The notes under the pieces are model-generated. The model did no database searches. It saw only the letters and a program-made list of their open reading frames with translations, and had not been told where the DNA came from. The translations under genes were made by a program, and so were the position numbers. DNA of 64,000 bases, from NCBI GenBank assembly GCA_963700635.1, contig CAVOYH010000003.1, positions 1,472,001 to 1,536,000 of the forward strand. The letters are read 5' to 3'. Shown here piece after piece: positions 8,988 through 18,698 of the stretch (positions within the stretch are counted from its first letter, which is position 1; each line of letters begins with the position of its first letter). Origin of the DNA: an uncultured Bacteroidota bacterium (GTDB lineage Bacteria; Bacteroidota; Ignavibacteria; UBA10030; UBA6906).

Positions 8988-10940
8988 CTACGGAAGATCC
9001 ACTGCCATCAGCTTCCATGTACTTCCGAAATAGAGCGTGCGGTCCACGATGGGGCCCACCACGTCGATGCTGACGGGGCTCTCCCCCAACCATTCGGTCT
9101 CACAGGTACCCGGTTTTACCCGGTAGATGCCCTTCGCTGTGGCGCCGAACACCCGGCCCCGGCTATCGGCCCGCAGGGACTTGAAGCCGAATTCCCCGAA
9201 CTCACCGTATTCCGCTGGCAACTCTCTCACCTCTTTCGCGCGCCGCTGTGCCGGGTCGATGAGGGCAATCGCGGCAGATGCCGGCTTCGCCCCGTGGTGC
9301 TCGACGAGGAACGCCGGGCGGGCCAGCAGCGCATAGACCAGGCCACCCTCTGCCGGTACCAGGGCGACCACATCGCGCGGCTCTGCGATCCCGAAATTCC
9401 CTGCAGAGTCCAGACAATCGCGCACCGGGTTCCACAAAGCGAAGGCCCCATGGTCCCGGTTCACTTGCACGCCCGAGCCCGGCTCGGTGCTCAAACCGAT
9501 CAGCAGGCGCCGGATGCCGGGCAGCCACAGCGCCGACACGGGCGTCAGGTCCTCGATTACAGTACGGTGGAAGCCGCGCTGCGCGGTCCGGGGATCGAAC
9601 CACGATAACGTCCCGCTGCGCAGGCCGTAGTTCGGCGCCGAGCCGATCCACAACTTCCCATCCGGAAGCGCCACGGTGAAGTGCGGACGGTAGCCGATCA
9701 TGCCGTCGTCAATCGGCCCGACGTCGAGCGGGTTGGCGCCCGGACCGGTGCCGAACCGGTATGGCAGCGCGGGGTCGTAGAGCGACAGGCGCGCGGATGG
9801 ATAGGACGCGATCGCCAGCTTGCCCTCGAAGTTCTCCATCGAGTACGCCTCTCCCAGCGAAATACTGCACTGGCCGAGGTCCACCATGCCCGAGCCGTCC
9901 AGTTCGCAGCGGAACAGGTGCTCCGGCAGGTAGCTCGAACCGTAGATCTTCCCGTCCGGTCCGTGATGAATCAGAAACAACGCCGAGCCGGCGCCCGCCC
10001 AGTCCAGGCGAAGGTCCTGCGGCGCTTCCCCCGCCCGCTGCAGTCGGAGCGTCCGGTAAACCGAGGATTCGTAGTCGGGCATGCCGGCCGTCCAACCGCC
10101 CGGCATCACCACGGGTGCCTGGTAATCATGCTTGTAGACGGCGGGCACGCCCGCCTGAGGTGCCGGCAGCGTGGATACAGGCGTGGCTTGCAGCCCTTCG
10201 ATCCGGAATCCACCTGCATCGGTGTCGAGGTGGAGCTTTCCGTCCTCACCCTTGAAGAACTGGAACCGCACGCCCGAGGCGGAGGGCTCATTGACCACCG
10301 GCCCCACCTGGCGGCGCTCGCCGGTCCTCGGGTCCATCGCCACCACGAAGAACCGCGTCATCTTCACCTGCATCGCCAGGGTGCCTTCGTCGCCGACGAG
10401 CGGATAAAGGTATTTGTCGGTCTCGTCAATCCGGCCGAAGCGGGTGAACTGACCGGTGGCCGGATCGAACCGGGTCAGGTTTGCCTCGGGATAGGAGCCG
10501 ATGTAGAGCGAGCCGTCCGGCGCTTCCTGGATCCCGCACGGAAAGGTCACGTGTCCGGGATCGATCGCGCCCAGGTCTTCCACCCCCCGCTCTGGATGGG
10601 CAGGGTCGTAACGGTGCAGATGCCCCAGCCACGCAGAGCCGATATACAGGATACCCGTGCGCGGACTGCGAAGCGAGGCGGTCGGGAAATCGGCCTGCGC
10701 CGAGCCGACGGGGAATTGCCGGCAGTGTCCGGTCGTCAGGTCCACGTCGCAGACGAAGAGGCCTCCGTTATTCTGGCCCATGGACAGCAGCACCGACGGC
10801 CGGCCCGCGAGCGAGCCGGGATGGATGCGCACCCAGTTGACTCCCTTCACCGGGATGCCCAGCTCCCGGACCCGCAGCTGGGCCGCGGTGGAGGTCAGCT
10901 CCAACATCAGGAGGAGTGCGACGACTGACGTATTGTGCAT
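8988..10940 (-). CDS. Secreted beta-propeller-like hypothetical protein (GC-rich)
   Basis: GGAGG RBS before ATG at 10940; signal peptide; repeated xPDGxxYxGSY blades. Confidence 0.8.
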   Translation of the reverse strand: MHNTSVVALLLMLELTSTAAQLRVRELGIPVKGVNWVRIHPGSLAGRPSVLLSMGQNNGGLFVCDVDLTTGHCRQFPVGSAQADFPTASLRSPRTGILYIGSAWLGHLHRYDPAHPERGVEDLGAIDPGHVTFPCGIQEAPDGSLYIGSYPEANLTRFDPATGQFTRFGRIDETDKYLYPLVGDEGTLAMQVKMTRFFVVAMDPRTGERRQVGPVVNEPSASGVRFQFFKGEDGKLHLDTDAGGFRIEGLQATPVSTLPAPQAGVPAVYKHDYQAPVVMPGGWTAGMPDYESSVYRTLRLQRAGEAPQDLRLDWAGAGSALFLIHHGPDGKIYGSSYLPEHLFRCELDGSGMVDLGQCSISLGEAYSMENFEGKLAIASYPSARLSLYDPALPYRFGTGPGANPLDVGPIDDGMIGYRPHFTVALPDGKLWIGSAPNYGLRSGTLSWFDPRTAQRGFHRTVIEDLTPVSALWLPGIRRLLIGLSTEPGSGVQVNRDHGAFALWNPVRDCLDSAGNFGIAEPRDVVALVPAEGGLVYALLARPAFLVEHHGAKPASAAIALIDPAQRRAKEVRELPAEYGEFGEFGFKSLRADSRGRVFGATAKGIYRVKPGTCETEWLGESPVSIDVVGPIVDRTLYFGSTWKLMAVDLP

Positions 10941-11189
10941 GTGAGACCTCCGGATCATGCGGGGAATTGCAACTCACCATTGGCGAGGGTCAACGCCGTC
11001 TGGTCGTCCAGTTTGTGGTCACCAGTACTGAAAAGTAAACAAGATTGGAAAGAAAGCAAGTCCAAAACGCCGTCCAACCCCGCTGACCTAGCTCCCTCAG
11101 ACTGAACCAATTTGTGTACCGGGATTGGACCGAAGGTATACCTACGGGACGTACCTCATATCACTCGGCTACGAAATCACGGTTGTGAA

Positions 11190-11350
11190 GGAGCTTCTGG
11201 CTCCACGATCATCTGGAGGAATTCGGCGCACGTTGTGTCGTGACACCACCGAGTCTGATACCTCACGACTACGGCAATCACGTCAAGACTGACAGGAAGG
11301 ACAGCCGAAAGCTGGCCCATCTTCTGGCGAAGGGCCTGCTGAAGAAGGAT
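11190..11350 (+). mobile_element. IS110-family transposase remnant
   Basis: FWLHDHLEEFGARCVVTPPSLIPHDYGNHVKTDRKDSRKLAHLLAKGLL contains the IS110 KTDxxDA-type motif; the rest of the gene is missing. Confidence 0.75.
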
Positions 11351-11590
11351 AGGCATTTCAGGTGCCCCAGCCAGCGCCTGTACCTGATGCCGCGCCTGGG
11401 GCATCGGGGGAGGAGAATAGCGTGTTCTGCAACGATCTTCCACACCGCACCTCCTGGAACAGACAGGAACTCGGCGAGCCCTGGCGGCCAAAGGAATCTT
11501 TCTTGATTCGAGCCTGCTTGTACAGTATCTTGCTGCAAACTTGCCAAGACACTCACCGTAACGTAGACCAGCAAATCAAAAGGACTTCTC

Positions 11591-13390
11591 ATGAAAAGAG
11601 CCATTGGTTCTGTTCTCGTGATCGTTTTTCTGATCGGCATCTATCAAGGGTGTCGACAGCAGAATATGCTGCAGACCGAATTTTTCGTGGCAGCAGATGG
11701 CAATGATGCGAATGATGGCACTCGAGCAGAGCCCTTCGCTACACTTCAACGCGCTGCAGATGCTATTCGTGAGAAGGGCCCCTGGCAGCACGATGTGCGG
11801 ATTCTGGTGCGGGAAGGTGTCTATGTTCTGGATCGTGCCGTTGTATTTACGGATAAAGAGGCAAGTAGCCAAAAATATTCGATCACCGTCACGGCCTATC
11901 CTGGCAGTCAACCGGTTTTTATGGGCGGTCGAAGCATCAACGGCTGGCGAAAAGGCAAGAAGAACCTGTGGACAACCGAATTGCCGGATGTCAGAGATGG
12001 GAAATGGTGGTTCAGACAATTGTTCGTCAACGGTCGCGCGTTACCTCGTAGCCGCTATCCGAATCAACCCGAAATGTTGACGATCAAAACAGTGACGAGT
12101 GATGTCAAGAAGTTTGCTTTTGAAATCAACTTGCCCGCATTTTCTCCATCTGCACAAAACACGGAATTGGTGGTCCTGCATGATTGGTCGATCGCGCGGG
12201 GACTCATTTCCGAGGTCAGCCCCGGCAGTGTCGGGACTAGAACTGCGATGGGATGGATTGGACATGAGTGGACGACGGCGCGCGTGGGTCGCAAAGCCTA
12301 CCTGGAGCATGCAAGGGAGTTCATTGATGTGCCCGGCGAATGGTATCTCGACCGTACTCACGGGATTCTCTACTATCAGGCTGGTGAAAATGAAGATCCG
12401 AATCTTGAGGAATTCATTGCACCCCGTACTGCGGAATTACTCGTTCTGCAGGGGAGCAAAGGCGCACGCGTGCGAAATCTCAACTTTGTGAACTTGACAT
12501 TTGCCTATTCATCCTGGCAACTTCCGGAAATAGGCTACTGCGGCATTCAAGCGGCCCATCATGGCACGAAATATAGCGTTGAACCCACGTTTGCCATGCC
12601 TCTTGCTGTTCGTCTGCAGTTTGCAGAAAACTGCAGTTTCATCGGATGCAGATTCGTACACCTGGGTTCCAGTGGACTGGGCATGGGAGCCGGGTGTTGC
12701 GACAATAGAGTCCTGGGTTGTGAATTCGGCGATATCGGTGGAAATGGCATCATGATCGGCTGGCGTCCTCGAGCCGATGACCCGCCTCGATTGTGGTTCG
12801 AGAATGACTGGAAAGATGTGGAAGAAATACCGCGACGGAATCTTGTCTCGAACTGCTATGTACACGATTGCGGAACAGTTAACCTGGGCGCTGTCGGCAT
12901 TTTCGAGGCTTTTTCGGAGAAGTCGCGCATCAGTCATAATCTATTGAACAACCTGCCGTATACCGGCATATCGATCGGCTTTCGCTGGGATGACACGCCG
13001 ACCAGTCAACGCGAATGTACCGTGGAGTACAATCATATCCACAGCGTCATGAAATCCTTGGCTGATGGCGGTGGCATATATACCCTCGGGTTTCAGCCGG
13101 GAACCGTACTCAAAGGGAATCTCATTCACGATATTAGACGCTCGGCCGATGCCGGTGGCTCACCCAACAATGGTATCTTTTTGGATCAAGGCAGCAAAGG
13201 CTTTGTCATTGAAGACAATGTGATCTTTGACACCTCCGGCGAAGCGGTTCGTCTTGGTCAAAGCCAAATGGATTGGCATGTATGGAAGAACAACAAGTTT
13301 TCCCGATCCGGGAAATCGCAGTTTTCCATGAACGATGCTCTCCAAGCAGGCCCGGAGGGTGGATACAGGTCCTTGTTTCTCGAGAGGTGA
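11591..13390 (+). CDS. Right-handed parallel beta-helix protein (GH141-like putative glycosidase, probable lipoprotein)
   Basis: FFVAADGNDANDGT..PFATL N-terminus; PGEWYLD; DGGGIYTLG..GIFLDQGS beta-helix motifs. Confidence 0.85.
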   Translation: MKRAIGSVLVIVFLIGIYQGCRQQNMLQTEFFVAADGNDANDGTRAEPFATLQRAADAIREKGPWQHDVRILVREGVYVLDRAVVFTDKEASSQKYSITVTAYPGSQPVFMGGRSINGWRKGKKNLWTTELPDVRDGKWWFRQLFVNGRALPRSRYPNQPEMLTIKTVTSDVKKFAFEINLPAFSPSAQNTELVVLHDWSIARGLISEVSPGSVGTRTAMGWIGHEWTTARVGRKAYLEHAREFIDVPGEWYLDRTHGILYYQAGENEDPNLEEFIAPRTAELLVLQGSKGARVRNLNFVNLTFAYSSWQLPEIGYCGIQAAHHGTKYSVEPTFAMPLAVRLQFAENCSFIGCRFVHLGSSGLGMGAGCCDNRVLGCEFGDIGGNGIMIGWRPRADDPPRLWFENDWKDVEEIPRRNLVSNCYVHDCGTVNLGAVGIFEAFSEKSRISHNLLNNLPYTGISIGFRWDDTPTSQRECTVEYNHIHSVMKSLADGGGIYTLGFQPGTVLKGNLIHDIRRSADAGGSPNNGIFLDQGSKGFVIEDNVIFDTSGEAVRLGQSQMDWHVWKNNKFSRSGKSQFSMNDALQAGPEGGYRSLFLER

Positions 13391-13711
13391 TCTGAAGCGA
13401 TTTGCAAAGGGTCGCTATTCCTTCCGCTCGCTGTCAACGAGCCGTTCGCACCACATGCCGGGTCGAGATGATCGGCCCGGATGACCATTGACGGTAGGCA
13501 CAGGCTCTATTTCTGTCAGTCGACACAATGACCGTCGTCTCATGCTTGGCCCTTCTTGCTCTTGCTGAACCCGGTCATCCAGAAGCTGTTTGCCGCCCTC
13601 TGCGGGTGCGGCAGTACGATGTTCTGCTTCAGGAGCTGCTCAGCGAACCTGACCGGCGTGATTCCCTCAACTCCCATCAAGAACGCACTCGTGCCATTCG
13701 CGACCCTTTCG

Positions 13712-14506
13712 CTAGAATTGATACTCCACTGATACGGTCGCGTAATGGAACCACGCGAAGTTGTACACCTCTTCCACGTCCGCTCCACCTTCCACTGTCC
13801 GGTACCCGGCGGCAATGCTCCAGGAGCTGTTCAGACCATAGCGCAGTTTCAACGATGCGTCCACAGCACGTCCGGGTCCTCCCGCAAGCCCGTCAACGTC
13901 AAGGACTGTACTCCATTGGTTCCCAAACCGGACCTGTCCCGCAAGATGGAGAAGGGGAACGAAACCCAGGTCTGTCTTGCTTGCTGATCTGCCTTGCTGT
14001 TCCAAACTGATCTTCGCATCGCGCACCTTGGCCGTGAAGCCGATCCACCAGCGCCATTCAGTGCCGTGGTAGATATTGTACCTGTAGCTCAGTCGCCATG
14101 AGTTGAACTTGTACGTGCCATCAGTGGGAACCCCGGGCTGGAATGTTTCTCCGGCGAAGTTTACGGACGAAGCAAACTGACCGCTCTTCGTGTAGGAGAG
14201 AGGTGCAAGCAACACACGGAGGCCATGGCGTTCGTTGATATGCCAGAGAATGTACAATCGGGCTGCCGGGAGTGGTCCGGAGCCGACCAGATCGACCAGC
14301 GAATAACGGGTGCCGGTTTGATTGTTGGGAATCTGAACGGTGTTGCGGCCTTGCCATACCGGGCCGGCCTCGAGCTCTACAACATACCGGGAGAAAGTAG
14401 AGTCGGGAACTGTTTCCGCCCGGCCTATTGTTGTGAAGGTGAGGCAATGAACGATACTCACAAGAATGAAAGTCGGGAGGGCGCAGGATTGCAGCGGTCG
14501 TGTCAT
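13712..14506 (-). CDS. Outer-membrane beta-barrel hypothetical protein
   Basis: GGAG RBS; signal peptide; amphipathic strands; ends in the BAM-type motif VSVEYQF. Confidence 0.8.
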   Translation of the reverse strand: MTRPLQSCALPTFILVSIVHCLTFTTIGRAETVPDSTFSRYVVELEAGPVWQGRNTVQIPNNQTGTRYSLVDLVGSGPLPAARLYILWHINERHGLRVLLAPLSYTKSGQFASSVNFAGETFQPGVPTDGTYKFNSWRLSYRYNIYHGTEWRWWIGFTAKVRDAKISLEQQGRSASKTDLGFVPLLHLAGQVRFGNQWSTVLDVDGLAGGPGRAVDASLKLRYGLNSSWSIAAGYRTVEGGADVEEVYNFAWFHYATVSVEYQF

Positions 14507-14631
14507 AGGAGTCTCCGGGTGTGATCGGTTCTTTGAGAAGGTAACGATTTCGAGCTGATGGGGCAAGAACGGACCCAACTGCCATGCGTGGGATCGCGAA
14601 ACTGGGACCTTTTCTGATTCACCGGTTCCAG

Positions 14632-14763
14632 AAGAGCGATGTGAAGACTGTTGTGAAGGGCAAAGACGACATGATCAATGCGGCCAAAGTCGTCACGGTT
14701 GACATTGTACTTAGCAATAGCGTGATTTGTGTACTCGACGGTGTCATTATGCCGCCGGCCTAA
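14632..14763 (+). pseudogene. Fasciclin (FAS1) domain C-terminal remnant
   Basis: KSDVKTVVKGKDDMINAAKVVTVDIVLSNSVICVLDGVIMPPA* resembles the FAS1 H2 motif (DI.ASNGVIHVID.V.MP). Confidence 0.65.
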
Positions 14764-14960
14764 AAGAAGACGGCGCCGAAAGGCGAGAAACTGTACTGAA
14801 CCTCCTTCTTCAGGAGTGTTTGCAGGAAAGACCCGTCGCACTGTCGGGTCTTTCTTTTTCCTGGAAGGAATTCATCGCGCACGCATCGTCGGGCGTTGCG
14901 CGGCTGGAGTCGCCGGAGATAGATCCCCTTTCATCAAACGCAAAATCGGAATAAATTATC

Positions 14961-15494
14961 ATGACCATCAATACAATTGTATGCACTTTCGCCATTGGTG
15001 TCCTGGCCGGGTGCGGATCCACCGTCCCGAATAGGTTTCCCGTGGGGGAGCTTTTCCCCTCAGTTCAGGGGAAATCTCTGGACGGACAGCACACGATGAT
15101 ACCGGAAGTATTCAAAGGGAAGAAGGTCATCCTCGTGCTTGCTTACAAACAGAACACGCAGTTCGACGTTGACCGATGGGGTATTGGTTTTTTTACATCG
15201 CATCTCTCACTCCCGCCCATCTACGAGATTCCGACAATCCCGGGGTTGATTCCTTCACTATTCAAGGAGAGTATCGACGAAGGAATGAAGAAGGGAATCC
15301 CAAAGGAGTCATGGAAAGACGTCATCACGATGTACGGGAGCGAAGGGGCAAAGCTGACGGAGTGGACAGGCACAGAGAACCCCAACAACGCACGAGTCAT
15401 TCTTCTCGATGAGGAGGGCCGTGTGCTCTGGTTTCATGACCGTGGGTACGGCCTCCCGCCCCTGGCTGGATTGCTGGAGAAGCTGGGTGGCTGA
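14961..15494 (+). CDS. Lipoprotein with a thioredoxin-like (ATP10-like) fold
   Basis: Lipobox VLAGC; FPSVQGKSLDG...ARVILLDEEGRVLW pattern without CxxC. Confidence 0.75.
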   Translation: MTINTIVCTFAIGVLAGCGSTVPNRFPVGELFPSVQGKSLDGQHTMIPEVFKGKKVILVLAYKQNTQFDVDRWGIGFFTSHLSLPPIYEIPTIPGLIPSLFKESIDEGMKKGIPKESWKDVITMYGSEGAKLTEWTGTENPNNARVILLDEEGRVLWFHDRGYGLPPLAGLLEKLGG

Positions 15495-15820
15495 GCAGCC
15501 CTCTATAACTCCGAAATGAATTGAGGGCGTTGTCGATCCCTCACAACTCTGCCGTCGATTTCTTGCCTTTCATTTACCCCCCCCCCTTTTTTTTGCGTCC
15601 AATCCCAACATACGAATTGGACCGATTTGTTGGGGGCAGGTCGTAAAGACCACCCTGATCTATTCCAAGGCAAAACCGTAGTTGCTGCGAGATGCAATAA
15701 GGAGTCTTGAGAGCATCGGCCGGAATGGTTACAAAATGCTTACACGGAGCTCTGAAGAAAACGAAAAGCCACTTGACGAAAAACCGAGGCTCGCAAGTGG
15801 CTGATAGTTCTAGATTTTAG

Positions 15821-15835
15821 TGTGCCCGGAACAGG
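15821..15835 (-). repeat. att-like copy of the tRNA-Leu 3' end with adjacent terminator hairpin
   Basis: TGTGCCCGGAACAGG identical to 25769-25783; AGCCACTTG/CAAGTGGCT stem at 15767-15802. Confidence 0.8.
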
Positions 15836-15953
15836 GTGCACACTTGATTGAAGATTCCCGCTGGAATTTGCCGTTGTGGACGGTTTCACGAAGGCTCTCG
15901 GATCTCGTGGAGAGTTGATTTGGCTCAAACGGGGAGATCACCGAGCCCAACCT

Positions 15954-15980
15954 ATGCTAATCAATGCTAATCAATGCTAA
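15954..15980 (+). repeat. Tandem 10-bp direct repeat, ATGCTAATCA x2.7
   Basis: atgctaatca atgctaatca atgctaa. Confidence 0.85.
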
Positions 15981-15987
15981 ATTAGTA

Positions 15988-16029
15988 TTGACTTTTATAC
16001 TAATCCAGTATAGTTTAGTATAAAAGTCA
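15988..16029 (+). promoter_or_regulatory. fic promoter overlapped by a 15-bp perfect inverted repeat (operator)
   Basis: TTGACT-17-TAGTTT; arms TGACTTTTATACTAA (15989-16003) and TTAGTATAAAAGTCA (16015-16029). Confidence 0.8.
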
Positions 16030-16031
16030 CC

Positions 16032-17375
16032 ATGCCCATGAAACCCACAGCGATACCACCTGATTTCACCAAAATCTTCCTTAGTGATCCACAAAGAATC
16101 GTCTCATTGTTCTCACAGGAGGAAACCCGGGATCTGATACAGAGAGCCAATGAGAAGTACTTGCACTGGGACGATTTTCGGTTCCGTCCAATGCCAGGAG
16201 GCATAACACCTGAGATGGGCTGGTCGTTGTTGAAGATGTCGAGGTTTGGCCAGAACAGACCCGTCGGACTGGTGAGCACGGATGGGACCTCATTCGGCTA
16301 CTGGTTACCGGATGGGATTCAGCGAGAATTGCACTTAATAGATCAGAACGCAACGGGTCAGATATTGATAGACGAACCGATCGCGGGACCAACGGATCGA
16401 GACAGGTATATATTGAGTTCATTGATGGAAGAGGCAATTGCATCGAGCATACTTGAAGGGGCTGCGACCACCCGCAAGAAAGCGAAGGAGATGTTACGGC
16501 AGGAAAGAAAGCCGCGCAATAGGGGCGAACAAATGGTATACAATAATTACAACACCATGAGTATGGTAAAGGGTCTGGCTGACCGCGAGTTATCGGCTGA
16601 AATGTTATGCGAACTGCAGGCCTCCATGGCTGCCGGCACGCTTGAGGACGCAAGTGCTGCTGGACGCTTCAGGAGGTCAGATGAAGAGGTTCATGTCGTT
16701 GACATGACGGATGGTCATATACTGCATACACCTCCGCCGGCAGGTGAACTCGATCGGAGAGTCAAACAACTCTGCAAATTTGCCAATGACACCCCGGAAT
16801 CGACATTCATTCATCCCGTCGTCAAGGCCATCATCCTTCATTTTTGGCTGGCATACGAACATCCTTTCGTGGATGGAAACGGGAGAACAGCACGTGCCCT
16901 TTTCTACTGGTTCATGCTAAAACAGAAATATTGGCTGATAGAGTTTTTACCGATATCCAGGATCATTCTCAAAGCACCCTCGAAGTATTTGAGAGCTTTC
17001 CGATACTCGGAGACAGACGGCGGAGACTTGACCTATTTTATCTCCTTTCACGTCAAGGCTCTTCGCCTGGCAATAGAAGACCTGAACCTATACATCGGGA
17101 GGAAACAGTTCGCACTTAAGAAGGCGAAATCGGAGCTGCGCAGAATTCCCGGGTTGAACCACCGCCAGGTGGAAATCTTGCAGCACGCCCTGAGACATCC
17201 GGACAGCACGTATACCATTCGCAGACACATGAATACCCATGGCATTGTCTATCAGACTGCCAGGACAGATCTCTTTGACCTGGAAAGGAAGGGATTCTTC
17301 AAAACCGTGAAGGAGGGACGGACCTATGTATTCCTCCCGGACGAGGACATGGCTAAAAAGCTGAAGGTGGGGTGA
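16032..17375 (+). CDS. Fic family protein with C-terminal winged-HTH (class II-like)
   Basis: HPFVDGNGRTAR signature; upstream SSILEG inhibitory-type motif; C-terminal YQTARTDLFDLERKG wHTH. Confidence 0.93.
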   Translation: MPMKPTAIPPDFTKIFLSDPQRIVSLFSQEETRDLIQRANEKYLHWDDFRFRPMPGGITPEMGWSLLKMSRFGQNRPVGLVSTDGTSFGYWLPDGIQRELHLIDQNATGQILIDEPIAGPTDRDRYILSSLMEEAIASSILEGAATTRKKAKEMLRQERKPRNRGEQMVYNNYNTMSMVKGLADRELSAEMLCELQASMAAGTLEDASAAGRFRRSDEEVHVVDMTDGHILHTPPPAGELDRRVKQLCKFANDTPESTFIHPVVKAIILHFWLAYEHPFVDGNGRTARALFYWFMLKQKYWLIEFLPISRIILKAPSKYLRAFRYSETDGGDLTYFISFHVKALRLAIEDLNLYIGRKQFALKKAKSELRRIPGLNHRQVEILQHALRHPDSTYTIRRHMNTHGIVYQTARTDLFDLERKGFFKTVKEGRTYVFLPDEDMAKKLKVG

Positions 17376-17459
17376 CATTTCCAAAACGCAAAATGCTGAG
17401 AGGTGGTTAAACCCCTCAGCACTCAGGCTTCGGAAGAAGATGTATTTCTTATGGAATCG

Positions 17460-17471
17460 GTGCCCGGAACA
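17460..17471 (-). repeat. att-like copy of the tRNA-Leu 3' end with adjacent hairpin
   Basis: GTGCCCGGAACA identical to 25770-25781; TGCTGAG/CTCAGCA stem at 17394-17421. Confidence 0.7.
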
Positions 17472-17504
17472 AGATAAATCGAACACTCACAAGGGTGCCG
17501 GGTG

Positions 17505-17610
17505 CTTGAGATAGCCGTTGCCTAAGCTCCGCATACTCTCCGGCCGGACGTCTGTCAGATTCTTCCCCATCACGGCTTCATGGAGGTGCGACAACGACGC
17601 GGGCCGAGCG
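17505..17610 (+). pseudogene. Deleted hicB-end/hicA remnant
   Basis: cttgagatagccgttgcctaagctccgcatactctccggccgg...gaggtgcgacaacga aligns with 4102-4195, then jumps to the hicA downstream flank. Confidence 0.85.
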
Positions 17611-17625
17611 GCCTTCTCGCTCTCC

Positions 17626-18231
17626 TCACCAGAACGCTTTACGAAACCTCGTTCTGGGGTTGTCAAAGCGCACCTTGGTGGGATCGAATGCTTTCAGATC
17701 GTAGGGCCAATTCTTCCGGGTTTGAGCGTTCAGCCATACGACGGTGGACTCGTAGTCTTCGTGCGAAGGTCTGCGAAGAAGTCGAAGAAGATCTGCATAT
17801 CCGGAAACACCGCCGCAATCTTCCGGAGGACAGGCTCCTGCGCCGCCTGTACACCGCGGGTACTTCGTGCCGGGCACTTGCGGGAGGTACTTCTCGAAGC
17901 GCACCTCATGGACCCAGGAATCACCGAAATCGTACTCGTATTGAGCGACCACTCCAACCTCGGTGAAATATTCAGTCATATCGACATCCCACCCAGGTAA
18001 CTGGGTTGTCTCAGAATCCCCTTCTTCCGGTGTGCCAATATCGATCAGGTTTGTCCCCACTTGAAACCTGAAGTTATGCAGGTGATAGTCAAGCCATCCC
18101 ATTACATCCTGAATTGCGACGTGCAGATCCCAGAAGGAATAGGTCGAAGGAACTTCGATTCGTCGCCATACACGGGGAGAATGGCCGAGGAGAGTGATTT
18201 TGAACCGGAGCGCATACTTCTGAGTTTTCAT
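17626..18231 (-). CDS. pRiA4b ORF-3 family protein (intact copy)
   Basis: RFKITLLGHSPRVWRRIEVP..FWDLHVAIQDVMGWLDYHLH..YEYDFGDSW..CPPEDCGG. Confidence 0.9.
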   Translation of the reverse strand: MKTQKYALRFKITLLGHSPRVWRRIEVPSTYSFWDLHVAIQDVMGWLDYHLHNFRFQVGTNLIDIGTPEEGDSETTQLPGWDVDMTEYFTEVGVVAQYEYDFGDSWVHEVRFEKYLPQVPGTKYPRCTGGAGACPPEDCGGVSGYADLLRLLRRPSHEDYESTVVWLNAQTRKNWPYDLKAFDPTKVRFDNPRTRFRKAFW

Positions 18232-18546
18232 GGGGGGCGAGGAGAAGTTGAGTGATTGCTGGTTCACCGAAGAAACGATAACCGGAGGAGATAATCAAGC
18301 CGCCAGTACGAACAACTGAAAGTCTGCCTTGCTGGTGCGAGCATCTGGCTGCAGAGTTTTTGAAGAATTGTTTTTAACGATTTCAACCTCCGTTTCACGA
18401 CATCGCGACGCAGCGCGGTTCTGGTTCTGTTCAATGCTCTGTCAATGAGTCACCACGAAAAAGAAATTATTGAAAAAGTGTAGAAAGATTCTCTACATTC
18501 TTCAACAATTTGGCAAAACAAAGGCTGCATTTTTCTGGGAAACCGA

Positions 18547-18562
18547 GTGCCCGGAACAGGAC
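18547..18562 (-). repeat. att-like copy of the tRNA-Leu 3' end with adjacent hairpin
   Basis: GTGCCCGGAACAGGAC identical to 25770-25785; AT-rich stem at 18464-18511. Confidence 0.85.
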
Positions 18563-18698
18563 ATGTCAACATTGCGAAGTCAATTGACGGTGAGATCGGC
18601 TCCTCGTGGATCTTCAAGGAGATTCCGTTGGATCACCAGAAACACCACCGAAAGTAGGCGCTTGCTTCAGTGGGCCCCAAAACGTATATTTAGTCCAG

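Noticed and set aside
13400-13700. Possible gene remnant between the beta-helix and barrel genes
   Set aside because: Only a vague resemblance to rhodanese-like fragments; not supportable from the sequence.
15563-15594. C10-T8 homopolymer after TTGCCT, as a possible phase-variable promoter
   Set aside because: No credible -10 box and no downstream gene before the att core.
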